From assembly GCA_024401295.1 (NCBI GenBank), contig JAKSLG010000009.1, forward strand, positions 17,989 to 81,988: a DNA stretch of 64,000 bases. The letters run 5' to 3'. Both the position numbers and the translations under genes were made by a program. The DNA comes from Bacteroidales bacterium. Lineage in GTDB: Bacteria > Bacteroidota > Bacteroidia > Bacteroidales > Marinilabiliaceae. This document shows positions 46,886 to 56,815 of the stretch, piece by piece. The notes under the pieces are model-generated. The model saw only the letters and a program-made list of their open reading frames with translations. It did not search any database and was not told the DNA's origin. The first letter of the stretch is position 1; each line of letters begins with the position of its first letter.

Positions 46886-49267
46886 TTATTTTTTGCGCTG
46901 ACTTGTATAGCCGTAGTTGCCATAGCCATAGCGAGCATAACCGCGACGATTGTGCTGCGCGCCATTGAAGAGCGAGAAAAGCGATGTCTTCGGACCCGGA
47001 CTTATCGACTCTGCAATTTCTGTCAAATGGCCAAAATCCGTCTTACCCGACTTCACGACAAGCAGAAGTATGTCGGCTTCAGTCTCAAACGGACGTCCGT
47101 CTGCAACACATCCGATAGGCGCAGTATCAACGATGATTATGTCATAATTATTGCGCAATTCTTCAATAAGCTTGAGGTTTGCATCGCTCGAAATGAGCTC
47201 CGAAGGATTTGGCGGTATTGTTCCAGCAGGAGCAATGCTCAATCCTTCAATATCGGTCTTGATGATGATTTCGTCAAGCGTTGCACTGCCAATAAGATAG
47301 TCGGTTATGCCGACATGATTTTCAATGCCAAACACTTTCTCGGCGCGAGGACGGCGCAGATCATAGTTCATCAGCAAGCATCGCTTGCCCGACAACGCAA
47401 AGTTCACGGATGTATTAACTGCGCAGAATGTCTTTCCCTCACCGGCATTGCAGCTCGACAAGGCTATCATCTTACAGGTCCTGTCTGCCGCCGTAAATTT
47501 AAGTTTAGCACGCAGCGCTCTGAAGTTCTCGCTTATAGGCGACTGTGGCTGATTGACTGTTGGAAGGTCATCGCACTCCTTGTCCTGCGGAATAATCGCA
47601 ATCACAGGAATCTTAGGCAACGTGCGTTTCAGCTCCTTGAGTGATCGTACCTTGTTGTTGAAAAATTCGATGAAGAAGAACACCAAAAGCGGAAGCAGCA
47701 GTCCGATAGCAACTGCCATCGTGTTGTTGCGACGTGTATCTGGCGAAATCTGGCCGTAGAAGACGGGATCCTGAAGCACTTCGTTGTCTGCAGTGTTCGA
47801 AGCCTTGGCAATGAGTGTCTCGCTTTCTTTCTGAAGGAGGAACGTATAGACCGCATCCTGAATGTTGTAGTCACGCTCCAGATTCGTATATTCAGCCTCC
47901 ATTGCCGGAAGCAAGTCTGCATCTCGCGACATTTTGTTCATCTGCGACTTCAGCTCGTTCTGCTGCTGCTGACACACATCAATCGACTGACTGATAAGTG
48001 TGCGCACATTGCTTCGAATCAATGATTCTCTCTCGCGAAGCTGCTTCTTATGCGGATTATTCTCGTTCTGGTTGCGATCCTCGTTAAGTTCCTGTTGCAA
48101 AGCGATTATCTCAGTGAGCTGAGCCTGAATGACACTGTTTTCGGTACCGAGTTGAGCAATCTGGAAATAATCCTCGATTGGTGAGCCGTCTTTCAGTTGC
48201 TCATTGGCAATGCGCAGACGCTGCTCGGTGAGCGTAAGTTCCTGAAGTTTGTCTTCGTAGGCATAATAGCGTTTGTCAAGGTTCGATGCATACTCCTTGC
48301 GGCCAATGAAATTATGCTCGATCTTGAATTTTCTCAATCGCTGAGCAGCAGAGTTGAGCGAATCTGCGGTCTGGTCGAGTTGCCTCTTGATGAATGACAA
48401 CGTGCGTGTCGCCGTCTCGTTTTTCTTGTCAAGATTATAATCCACCGAAGCTTCGTTAAGTCCGTTCAGGAATGCCATAATCTTGCGCCAGTTCGTGCCT
48501 GTCGCAGTAATGAAAGCCACGGTTCCGCCCTTCTGGTTGATGTCGATATTCACACTGTTGCACCATTGTGACACGACCTCTTGCATCGTGAAAAACCTGA
48601 AGCGTATGGTGCGTTCCTTGTCATCGTTCCATCCTCGAGAATCAAGCTTAAAGCTATACACAGGGCTAATGATCTCTTCGCCAGGCTCAACAATCATGGT
48701 TGTGTCGATATGACCGACATAAGCGTTGGTATAATCGTTATTCGCATAGCTATAACCCGAGACACCATCGCCCTCAATCTTCATCTGCAACTTACCGTCT
48801 TTTCGCATCACGACTTCGAATGTCGCGCCAATAGGCTGTGCATGAAGCGTATCATAAACGACGCGAAACGGCAACTCTACGCCATAGAGTTCGCCGACAT
48901 TGAGACGGCCTATATTCCAATAGCCCACTTCAAAGCCTTTGCCCAAAACTGCACGGCCGACCATCTTAGGCGATGAATAGATATATTTCTGATTTTCAAT
49001 ATTGCTCTGCTCACTGGAAAGGCCGAATCCTTCGGTCAATTCGGTCATACGCCCATGATCGCTCTCCTTGAGCAATACAATCGTGCCTGCCTTGTAGATG
49101 GCAACGCTCGTCTTGTTTTGATACCACGCCACACCAAGCGCGATGCCAAGACACAACACGATGACCCACCAGAAGCGCAATACATTGTGCAATATTCGCA
49201 GGTAATCTATATTATCGAAGCGGTTTGGCTCCGCTGGTTTTCTTGTCGTATGATTCGGATGTTGCAT
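46886..49267 (-). CDS. Polysaccharide co-polymerase / tyrosine autokinase (Wzc/GumC-type)
   Basis: Two TM helices flank a large Wzz-like coiled-coil domain. The C-terminal kinase has Walker A NAGEGKT, IIIVDTAP and LLLVVKSG, and a terminal Tyr cluster GYARYGYGNYGY. Confidence 0.85.
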   Translation of the reverse strand: MQHPNHTTRKPAEPNRFDNIDYLRILHNVLRFWWVIVLCLGIALGVAWYQNKTSVAIYKAGTIVLLKESDHGRMTELTEGFGLSSEQSNIENQKYIYSSPKMVGRAVLGKGFEVGYWNIGRLNVGELYGVELPFRVVYDTLHAQPIGATFEVVMRKDGKLQMKIEGDGVSGYSYANNDYTNAYVGHIDTTMIVEPGEEIISPVYSFKLDSRGWNDDKERTIRFRFFTMQEVVSQWCNSVNIDINQKGGTVAFITATGTNWRKIMAFLNGLNEASVDYNLDKKNETATRTLSFIKRQLDQTADSLNSAAQRLRKFKIEHNFIGRKEYASNLDKRYYAYEDKLQELTLTEQRLRIANEQLKDGSPIEDYFQIAQLGTENSVIQAQLTEIIALQQELNEDRNQNENNPHKKQLRERESLIRSNVRTLISQSIDVCQQQQNELKSQMNKMSRDADLLPAMEAEYTNLERDYNIQDAVYTFLLQKESETLIAKASNTADNEVLQDPVFYGQISPDTRRNNTMAVAIGLLLPLLVFFFIEFFNNKVRSLKELKRTLPKIPVIAIIPQDKECDDLPTVNQPQSPISENFRALRAKLKFTAADRTCKMIALSSCNAGEGKTFCAVNTSVNFALSGKRCLLMNYDLRRPRAEKVFGIENHVGITDYLIGSATLDEIIIKTDIEGLSIAPAGTIPPNPSELISSDANLKLIEELRNNYDIIIVDTAPIGCVADGRPFETEADILLLVVKSGKTDFGHLTEIAESISPGPKTSLFSLFNGAQHNRRGYARYGYGNYGYTSQRKK

Positions 49268-49283
49268 CGTATCATCTCATATT

Positions 49284-50471
49284 TCACACAAAACGACGAT
49301 ATGTCATCTTGCCCGATATGTTGTTGTATTTAACCTCGCCATTGTATATCATCCGGCCTCCCATCACTACGCAACGGATGGTATTCTTCTGACCGACATT
49401 GTAGTATTCGCCCGATGCGCTTCGCACGACAACTGTCTGTTCCGGACTTTCACCTATGAAGGTAATATCTGCATCTGCACCAACACGAATGACGCCCTTG
49501 ACATTCTTGAGGCCCATAAACTCACATTTGCGAGTCGTCAAATATGTCACCATCTCGTCGATTGTCAGCTGAGCATCCTTGCTCAACGTTGCAAGAAGAG
49601 CAACTCTATGCGAGCGCGAATACGGCATACCCTGGCCGACATAGATGGAATCCTTCTCGCTGACGCTCACATCGGCAACCTCACCACAAAGCCATGTATT
49701 CTGGCGCAGAGTCTCAACGAACTCAACACTGCTAAGCTCATGAAGATCTGTTGCAGAACGATCTCTGAACGGATTGTAATATATCTGGCCAGTCACATCG
49801 CATCCACCTTGTTTCATGCGGACGACGATATCGAGTTCTTCGCTGTATCGGATATTGTTGAAGAAAACCTTGCATCCAGTTCCGTTTATCTTGCTGCAGA
49901 GCAGATTGAAGGCACGCAGATGCTCATCAGCATTACAATCCCTGACGACGTTCACAAAAATCATCAAGCCGAGCTTTTGAGCTGTCTCTACATAGAGCTC
50001 AAAATGCTCATTGAATGCAGATTGCGGAGTGTGGAAAGTATAGAAGAGCGATGGTATGCCAAGGCTGATATTGAGACTGCGAATCTTGTTGATATCGCCA
50101 GGCTTAAAAGCATCCATCGAGAAATGAAGACCGTAATTGAGCGTCTGAGGATCCTGCAATTCAAGCATTTTGAGCTTGTCTGACAAGATTCCTGTTGGAC
50201 AAGGTGAAAGCCATGTCGTATAGCCAGCCTGCACATCGTCGTTAATGAGTCTACGCAAATTCTCGTTGCTGTCTGTCGTCGCAAAAGTGCTGCATATATC
50301 AACAAGCCCCGGAATGGCAACACATCCATTCACGTCAATTTCTTCCGTCTCAATCGTCGGGCGGTCAATATTTTTTTCGATAGCAACGATACGATTGTTC
50401 GCACACAGAATATCGAGAGTCTTCTCAGTCATTCCGACAACTCTGCATCGTTTTATCAGCAAATACCTCAT
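49284..50471 (-). CDS. Dihydroorotase-like amidohydrolase-fold protein with degenerate metal site
   Basis: The N-terminal beta-sandwich (LLIKRCRVVG...IDVNGCVAIPGLVDI) and the C-terminal G.IRVGADADITF...VVMGGRMIY are typical of cyclic amidohydrolases. The HxH position reads CST (PGLVDICSTF, nt 50283-50312). The first ATG is at 50471, and the longest ORF starts at TTG 50501. Confidence 0.55.
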   Translation of the reverse strand: MRYLLIKRCRVVGMTEKTLDILCANNRIVAIEKNIDRPTIETEEIDVNGCVAIPGLVDICSTFATTDSNENLRRLINDDVQAGYTTWLSPCPTGILSDKLKMLELQDPQTLNYGLHFSMDAFKPGDINKIRSLNISLGIPSLFYTFHTPQSAFNEHFELYVETAQKLGLMIFVNVVRDCNADEHLRAFNLLCSKINGTGCKVFFNNIRYSEELDIVVRMKQGGCDVTGQIYYNPFRDRSATDLHELSSVEFVETLRQNTWLCGEVADVSVSEKDSIYVGQGMPYSRSHRVALLATLSKDAQLTIDEMVTYLTTRKCEFMGLKNVKGVIRVGADADITFIGESPEQTVVVRSASGEYYNVGQKNTIRCVVMGGRMIYNGEVKYNNISGKMTYRRFV

Positions 50472-50498
50472 CGCAATCTCTCCTTCACGAATTTTGCC

Positions 50499-50506
50499 CA
50501 AAGATA
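50499..50506 (-). promoter_or_regulatory. -7 promoter motif (TAtcTTTG) upstream of the amidohydrolase-like/Wzc unit
   Basis: The + strand reads CAAAGATA, 28 nt upstream of the ATG at 50471. Confidence 0.4.
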
Positions 50507-50776
50507 ATGATTTTTTAGAATAATCACTCCGCTTCAGCTACCGAGTTCCAATAAAAAAAGATGCTTGACGACACGTTTTTCCACAAAAAAAGGGATGGTT
50601 CTACTTTTGTAAAAATCCAACGGCACTTTTTGCCATTATCGACAACAGTATCGACATCCAAAAAGAGCAAACAGGCCACTGCGATGAACATATCAACACA
50701 ACAACCTGTTTTTCAGTATATTGTTACAAAAAAAATCAATAGACGATTTTTCTCTTCGATTCTTCAAGAGCAGCAA

Positions 50777-51547
50777 TCATTCTATTATACTATTCTGCCA
50801 TTTTTCACTATAAGTGATATCAAAATGGCGGCCGGCAGCATCTGCGGCATTGATTGCATCGAAAAGCGGAATGACGACGGCCAAGGCATTATCGATTGTT
50901 TCAACGAAGTCAAACGCTGGAACTGAGACCATAAATTTCTTACCCCAACCGATCTTGAAAAATACCTGAATATCGTTTTTGGTATATTTGAGATAATATG
51001 GGATCTTATGATTGCCGAGCTTTGTCACAATGTATGTATCGAGCGCTATATCCGTCAATTTCTGACGTTTCGACTCGACCATAGCTTTGTGCAAGATGCG
51101 TTTCCACGTTGCCTCCCATCGGCGAAAGAGTTTTGGAACGGCATTGATAAAATCGGCAAAAGATGATGCATCATAGAAATTGGGCTGGGCAACGAACTGG
51201 TTTCCATAAACCAGCTCACAATTGCAATTTCCGTCATCAGAAAACATGGCCTTGATGAGAAGTGACACAGAGCCACATCTGATGGCAACAGAAACGGAAT
51301 AATCCGTCTGCGCCCACACAAACTCTGAAGACGGGCACAAACGGATTAACTCATCTATAAAAGAATGAAATTCGAGATTATTCCACTTATGGAGAATCAG
51401 CAGGCAATTGTCTGACAGATATTTACCAAGCAATTTTGCATAGTAGCGATCGGCAATCGGCTTGACGTCATTGCCAGCTTTAACCGCGTCGATAATCTGC
51501 TTTTCGAGCGTTGTCTTATCCGTAGTTTCGCTTTGCCCGATTCTCAT
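50777..51547 (-). CDS. Hypothetical protein, no recognisable motifs
   Basis: ATG-initiated 256-aa ORF, 5 nt downstream of the receptor gene's stop. No signal peptide or TM segment by eye. Confidence 0.45.
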   Translation of the reverse strand: MRIGQSETTDKTTLEKQIIDAVKAGNDVKPIADRYYAKLLGKYLSDNCLLILHKWNNLEFHSFIDELIRLCPSSEFVWAQTDYSVSVAIRCGSVSLLIKAMFSDDGNCNCELVYGNQFVAQPNFYDASSFADFINAVPKLFRRWEATWKRILHKAMVESKRQKLTDIALDTYIVTKLGNHKIPYYLKYTKNDIQVFFKIGWGKKFMVSVPAFDFVETIDNALAVVIPLFDAINAADAAGRHFDITYSEKWQNSIIE

Positions 51548-51552
51548 TGCAA

Positions 51553-54069
51553 TCAGTTTTCGAATCCACCGTCAATAGCCGGTACGTCGTCATCGCCACT
51601 ATCTTGGCCATCACGACCATCCTTCTTCTTGTCGTTATTCATGTTGCCAAAACTCCATGAAAGCTGAAGAACTCCACGACGGCCACCACGCCAGCTTTCG
51701 CTCTCCTGGCTGAATCCGCGACCGCTTGTCGTGCTGCGGAATTTACGTGAATCGAGAAGATCTCGACCATTGAGTGCCACAGTGAATTTTCTGTTAAAGA
51801 AAGTCTTTCTCAAACCCATATCAAGGGCATAAGAGGCTTCGCGCTTACCCTGAGTGATCACGCGAGGTGCGACATAGTTAAATGTTGTCTGGAATGAAAT
51901 CTCCTTTGGCAACATCAGTGATGCCAACAGACGGGCATTCCACGAGAAGTCCTTGCTGTTTGCAATATCGACTCTGTAGTCGGAACCGTCATCGAGGTGG
52001 AACGTGAAATTACCACCGTTGAGTTTATAGTAGAAGATATTGACCGTAGTTGTCAAATCAAGACGATTCCAAAGGCGGTTCTTGCCGATGATTTCCACAC
52101 CCGAACTAACTGATTTCGAAACATTTTCGCTGGTTGAATAACGTATGCCGTTCGAGATGTAACCGATGCGCTGAATGATGTCGCTCGACGGACGATAATA
52201 AGCCGAAAGTGAGAGAGTGTGATTGTCCCAATTCTTGATATAGTTAAACTCGAACGAATTTGAATATTCAGGTGTCAACTGTGGGTTACCATATGAGATA
52301 TTCGTTGAATCCGAAATGTTCTTGAACGAGTTGAGCTGTCCGCCCCATGGACGACGTAGACGACGTGTGTAGTTGAGCTGCAACTCCTGCGTCTCACTGA
52401 CCTGATAGCTCAAGAACATCGTCGGGAACACCTTGAAATAGTCCTTTTTGAACGCTTCAGGCTTACCATTGTTATACTCTGCATTATAGTCATAGCTCTC
52501 GGTATCGATGTTCCACCCCTCGCCACGGAGACCGAGCTGATAACCGAACTTCTCGGCAATTCGGCTCTGCCAGTTCAAATATACGGCGTGAACATTCGAA
52601 TCATAGATGAAACGATTGAAAAGGAGCTCGATGGTCTGTGAACGGTCCTCATCCGAGAATGTCTCTGTCGGGCTGTTCTGATGGTTGAAATTGCCTTTAT
52701 AGCCACCTTCGATTTTTGAAGAAGCGCCAACAGGCTGCTGATAGTCGAGCTGGACTTCCCAACCCGTGCTCTCGTTGTCTGATGTCTGATTCTGATACGA
52801 GAGTTCCTGATATGAAGAGCCGTCTGAACGACGATAGTCAGAGACCTGATCGAAGATTGTTCCGCCGTCGCTAGCCCAGCCATGACGCGAAACCGTAAGT
52901 TCGATATCGTGAGTTGTTGCCCACTCATGACGATAGCTAACCTCGAAGTTGTTCATGTGAGAATCGCCATCGCTTGTATTCTTACGGACACGGTCCATCG
53001 TAGTGCTCAATTCTGAGCTATAAGGCGAATAGTCTGCACTATTGTAGAAATATGTCTGCTTTCGGTCGTTGGAACCGAACATACCCATATATGCGAGCGA
53101 GATATCGTCGTGTGTTGTCACATGCCACGTAAGACCAGCACGAGCGAACAGGTTCTTGCCATTGTTCTTTCCTTTGTTCGTCGAGTTGAGGAACGAAACG
53201 GCTGTGCCATCGTCGAGAAGGTTATCACGATTAGTAAAGCCACCGTTCTTGCCTTTTCTCAAACCATATCCTACGTTTGCGTAAGCATCGAGAATGCCAC
53301 TGCTGAAGTTGATATTTGCGCCTAACCGTCCGCCGCCGAATGTGTTTGCATTGAGCTGAACACCGCCGTAGTAACCTGCTTTACGATCGCGCTTGAGCAC
53401 GATATTGATGATGCCGGCAGAGCCTTCTGGTGAGAATTTTGACGAAGGATTGGTGATGACTTCAATGCGTTCGATGCTCTCGGCTGGCATCTGCTGGAGA
53501 ATGTCGCCTCGATTGTCGCTCGACATGCCTTGCGCCTTGCCATTAATCCAAATCGTAACGGATTCTGAACCGCGGAGCGAGACATTTCCTTCTGCATCGA
53601 CCTCGACACTTGGAATGTTTTCTAGCACTTCGCTGGCAGAACCACCTGCCGAAGCGATATCCTGATCAACATTGAACACTTTGCGGTCGATATCGAGCTT
53701 CATTGTCTGCTTCTGAGCAACGACTGCGACCTCTTCGAGCTGTTCTGAGTCTTCGCTGAGAGTAACTCGGACAACAGCCTTGTGCTGGTTCTGAGCATTG
53801 AGAGTCACGTTGCGAGTGACAGTCTTGAAACCCATATACTGAAAGCTCAGCACATAGCTTCCATCCTTAACATTCTGAAGTGAATAGGCGCCTGAATCGT
53901 CCGTGATTGTACCCTTGACGAGCGTCTTGCCATCTTGTTGATAGAGGATTACGTTAACAAATTGAAGCGGTTGCTTCTGTGTGTCGACCACTCGGCCTTC
54001 AATTGAGCCCGCCATTGCCTCAACGGCGAGAGCGAGAAAAAGCATTAAACTTGCGATAAATTTCATCAT
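51553..54069 (-). CDS. TonB-dependent-receptor-like outer-membrane beta-barrel protein (CarboxypepD_reg + plug + barrel)
   Basis: Signal peptide, then GSIEGRVVD...PLQFVNV (carboxypeptidase-regulatory-like domain). A plug-like segment follows (VEVDAEGNVSLRGSESVTIWINGK), then a long beta-barrel. A charged tail of about 30 aa follows the terminal ...LSWSF strand. Confidence 0.75.
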   Translation of the reverse strand: MMKFIASLMLFLALAVEAMAGSIEGRVVDTQKQPLQFVNVILYQQDGKTLVKGTITDDSGAYSLQNVKDGSYVLSFQYMGFKTVTRNVTLNAQNQHKAVVRVTLSEDSEQLEEVAVVAQKQTMKLDIDRKVFNVDQDIASAGGSASEVLENIPSVEVDAEGNVSLRGSESVTIWINGKAQGMSSDNRGDILQQMPAESIERIEVITNPSSKFSPEGSAGIINIVLKRDRKAGYYGGVQLNANTFGGGRLGANINFSSGILDAYANVGYGLRKGKNGGFTNRDNLLDDGTAVSFLNSTNKGKNNGKNLFARAGLTWHVTTHDDISLAYMGMFGSNDRKQTYFYNSADYSPYSSELSTTMDRVRKNTSDGDSHMNNFEVSYRHEWATTHDIELTVSRHGWASDGGTIFDQVSDYRRSDGSSYQELSYQNQTSDNESTGWEVQLDYQQPVGASSKIEGGYKGNFNHQNSPTETFSDEDRSQTIELLFNRFIYDSNVHAVYLNWQSRIAEKFGYQLGLRGEGWNIDTESYDYNAEYNNGKPEAFKKDYFKVFPTMFLSYQVSETQELQLNYTRRLRRPWGGQLNSFKNISDSTNISYGNPQLTPEYSNSFEFNYIKNWDNHTLSLSAYYRPSSDIIQRIGYISNGIRYSTSENVSKSVSSGVEIIGKNRLWNRLDLTTTVNIFYYKLNGGNFTFHLDDGSDYRVDIANSKDFSWNARLLASLMLPKEISFQTTFNYVAPRVITQGKREASYALDMGLRKTFFNRKFTVALNGRDLLDSRKFRSTTSGRGFSQESESWRGGRRGVLQLSWSFGNMNNDKKKDGRDGQDSGDDDVPAIDGGFEN

Positions 54070-54097
54070 ATTGTTATTGTCATTGTTTTACATCGTA

Positions 54098-54105
54098 CAA
54101 ATTTA
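54098..54105 (-). promoter_or_regulatory. -7 promoter motif (TAaaTTTG) upstream of receptor gene
   Basis: The + strand reads CAAATTTA, 29 nt upstream of the ATG at 54069. Confidence 0.4.
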
Positions 54106-54172
54106 TTCATTTTGCATCTAACAGAATTGCCAATATGTCGGCAAATTGTGCCCATTTATCGAGGAACAGCCG

Positions 54173-55603
54173 CTATCCAGCGACGGACTGCGACTGCTGA
54201 GGCTGCTGCGAACCGTTAGATGGCTTCTTATGGCGTCTTCCGCCACGGCGGTTTCGCTTCTTGTTTTTTGAGGTGTTATCCGTCGTCTGCTCAAGTGTGC
54301 CGACAATTGCATCAAACTCATTCGCCTGTTGCGATGCGTCATTTTGCACAGGCTGATGTTTTGGCTTGTTCCCCTGAGGCTTACGACCTTTGCCGCCACG
54401 ATTGCGCTTGCTTCTGCCGTTGCCATCACGACCGCCCGAGGAATTGCGAAGACGAGGATTATATTCCGGCCCATCACCGAATTCTTCGGGCAAGGCTATT
54501 TTCTCAACTTCCTTTTCAATGAGCTTTTCGATGCGTCCAAAAGCCACCATATCGCGCTCATTTATAAAAGTATATGCCTCGCCGCTACTCTGTGCACGAG
54601 CCGTACGACCGATGCGATGGACATAGTCTTCAGCATCGCGTGGCACGTCATAGTTGATGACCATATCGATCTCCTTGATGTCGATGCCGCGAGCGATGAT
54701 GTCGGTTGCCACGAGAATATTCGTGTTGCGTGTCTTGAAAAGCCGGAGCACCTCTTCGCGCTCTTTCTGTTCGAGATCAGAATGAATCACGCCCACATTG
54801 AATCCGGAACGTCGCAATGTTATCGCAAGGTCTTTGCATGATTGTTTCTTAGAAGAGAAGATAATGATACTCTGATCTTTACGTTCGTTGAGTATATGCT
54901 TGACAAGTCGAGGCTTTTGTGGATCATAGACCACGTAGGCGCCTTGACGGATGTTTTCGGCTGGCTTTGAGATGGCTATGCTTATCTCTTCTGGATTCTT
55001 GAGAATCTGCTTTGCCAGTTCACGTATTTTCGGAGGCATAGTGGCCGAAAACATCAGTGTCTGCCTGCCATCGGACGGGAGCTGCTTCACAACCTGCATG
55101 ATGTCGTCGAAGAAACCCATATCGAGCATTCTGTCGGCTTCGTCGAGGATGAGATGTCGCACGTGCGAGAAATCGACATAGCCCATTGCTATATGCTGGA
55201 TGATACGGCCTGGCGTTGTTATCACGATGTCTGCGCCATCCTCAAGAGCCTTGCGCTGGCGGCCCCATTCGCCGCTGTCGTTGCCTCCATAGATTGCCGT
55301 AGATGTGACAGGCACGAAATAGCTGAAACCTTCCATCTGCTGGTCTATCTGAATCGCGAGCTCGCGTGTCGGCACGAGTATGATAGTATCTACATGGCCA
55401 CCCTCTGTGAAGAGGATGTCATTGATGACTGGCAGCAGATAGGCCGCTGTCTTGCCGGTTCCTGTCTGGGCGCATGCAATGAGGTCCTTGCCGTCCATGA
55501 TGACAGGTATCGATTGGCTCTGCACGGGTGTTGCTTCGTTGAAATGCATAGCGTCGAGGCTATCCATCAGTTCGTCGTCAAATCCAAATTCGTCGAAAGT
55601 CAT
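54173..55603 (-). CDS. DEAD-box ATP-dependent RNA helicase (RhlE-like)
   Basis: Q-motif region, AQTGTGKT, DEAD, SAT and HRIGRTAR motifs. Basic G/R/K/N-rich C-terminal tail. Confidence 0.9.
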   Translation of the reverse strand: MTFDEFGFDDELMDSLDAMHFNEATPVQSQSIPVIMDGKDLIACAQTGTGKTAAYLLPVINDILFTEGGHVDTIILVPTRELAIQIDQQMEGFSYFVPVTSTAIYGGNDSGEWGRQRKALEDGADIVITTPGRIIQHIAMGYVDFSHVRHLILDEADRMLDMGFFDDIMQVVKQLPSDGRQTLMFSATMPPKIRELAKQILKNPEEISIAISKPAENIRQGAYVVYDPQKPRLVKHILNERKDQSIIIFSSKKQSCKDLAITLRRSGFNVGVIHSDLEQKEREEVLRLFKTRNTNILVATDIIARGIDIKEIDMVINYDVPRDAEDYVHRIGRTARAQSSGEAYTFINERDMVAFGRIEKLIEKEVEKIALPEEFGDGPEYNPRLRNSSGGRDGNGRSKRNRGGKGRKPQGNKPKHQPVQNDASQQANEFDAIVGTLEQTTDNTSKNKKRNRRGGRRHKKPSNGSQQPQQSQSVAG

Positions 55604-55633
55604 ATTGTGTAGAGTTGTATGATTGCGTTTTTA

Positions 55634-56815
55634 TTACCACACCTGAAGAACGAGGCCTTTCAGATATTCGCCTTCCGGGTGATAGATGTTGACCGGATGG
55701 TCTGCTGGCTGCGAGAGCTGATGAAGAATGCTGACGCGACGATGTGCCTTTGCGGCTGACGAGAAGACCATCGTGCGGAAGACTTCCTTCGAGACAACCT
55801 GCGAGCATGAGAATGTGAAGAGGATGCCACCCGGGCGTATCATCTCGAGAGCTTTTGTGTTGAGACGTCGATAGCCCTTCAATGCGTTGTTGAGCACGTT
55901 GTAGTGCTTTGCGAACGCTGGCGGATCGAGAATCATGAGGTCAAACTCACCTTCTGTCTGCTGCATGAACTTGAAGGCATCTTCGGCCGTAGCCTGATGT
56001 CGGCTATCGCCAGGGAAGTTGAGCTCGACATTGTTGTTTGTGAGCTCGATGGCACGCTCGGAGCTATCCACAGAATGAACGAGTTTTGCGCCGCCACGCA
56101 TTGCATACATCGAGAAACCGCCTGTGTAGCAGAACATATTGAGCACGGAACGGCCCTTGCTATAGCGTTCGATGAGAGCTCGGTTGTCGCGCTGATCAAC
56201 GAAAAAGCCTGTCTTCTGGCCCTTTTCCCAGTCTGGATAGAACTTAAGTCCGTTCTCCATTGCGGTTTTGTCTTCCGGACGCTGACCGTATATATATGTA
56301 TTCTGCATCTCGATGCCAGCCTTGAAAGGCAGCGTGTCTTCGCTCTTGTTGTATATTGCCTTGAGATTGTCGCCAACCACTTCACGAAGTGCGTTATAGA
56401 TGAACTCTCTGTCGCGCCACATGCCCACAGAGTGCATCTGAACGACAGCAACGCCATTGTACATGTCGATGACAAGACCTGGAAGATAATCGCCTTCGCC
56501 ATGGATAAGTCGGAAGGCATTTGTCTGCGTGCTTTCGGCAAGTCCGATCTGACGGCGGAGCTGATATGCCTCGCGGATGCGCGAAGTATAGAACTGCTGA
56601 TCGATGTGGACAGGATCGAACGAGAGGACACGCACGGTGATTGTGCCTATCTGATAATGGCCGAGAGCCATGAAACATCCGAGGGCATCCTGCACCTCAA
56701 CGACTTCGCCTTCCTCCGGCGTGCCACTCATCCTGGCAATCGCTCCTGAGAACACCCATGGATGAAAACGCTGCAGGCTCTGTTCCTTGCCTGACTTGAG
56801 AGTTAATATGATCAT
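55634..56815 (-). CDS. rlmI: Class I SAM-dependent 23S rRNA (cytosine-C5) methyltransferase, RlmI-like
   Basis: PUA-like N-terminus (HPWVFSGAI), FCYTGGFS and LDPPAFAK motifs. Confidence 0.8.
   Translation of the reverse strand: MIILTLKSGKEQSLQRFHPWVFSGAIARMSGTPEEGEVVEVQDALGCFMALGHYQIGTITVRVLSFDPVHIDQQFYTSRIREAYQLRRQIGLAESTQTNAFRLIHGEGDYLPGLVIDMYNGVAVVQMHSVGMWRDREFIYNALREVVGDNLKAIYNKSEDTLPFKAGIEMQNTYIYGQRPEDKTAMENGLKFYPDWEKGQKTGFFVDQRDNRALIERYSKGRSVLNMFCYTGGFSMYAMRGGAKLVHSVDSSERAIELTNNNVELNFPGDSRHQATAEDAFKFMQQTEGEFDLMILDPPAFAKHYNVLNNALKGYRRLNTKALEMIRPGGILFTFSCSQVVSKEVFRTMVFSSAAKAHRRVSILHQLSQPADHPVNIYHPEGEYLKGLVLQVW

Noticed and set aside
50561-50926. A 121-aa + strand ORF covering the spacer and the 3' end of the hypothetical gene.
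   Set aside because: It is low-complexity, runs antisense to a better-supported ATG-initiated ORF, and has no upstream promoter motif in a suitable position.
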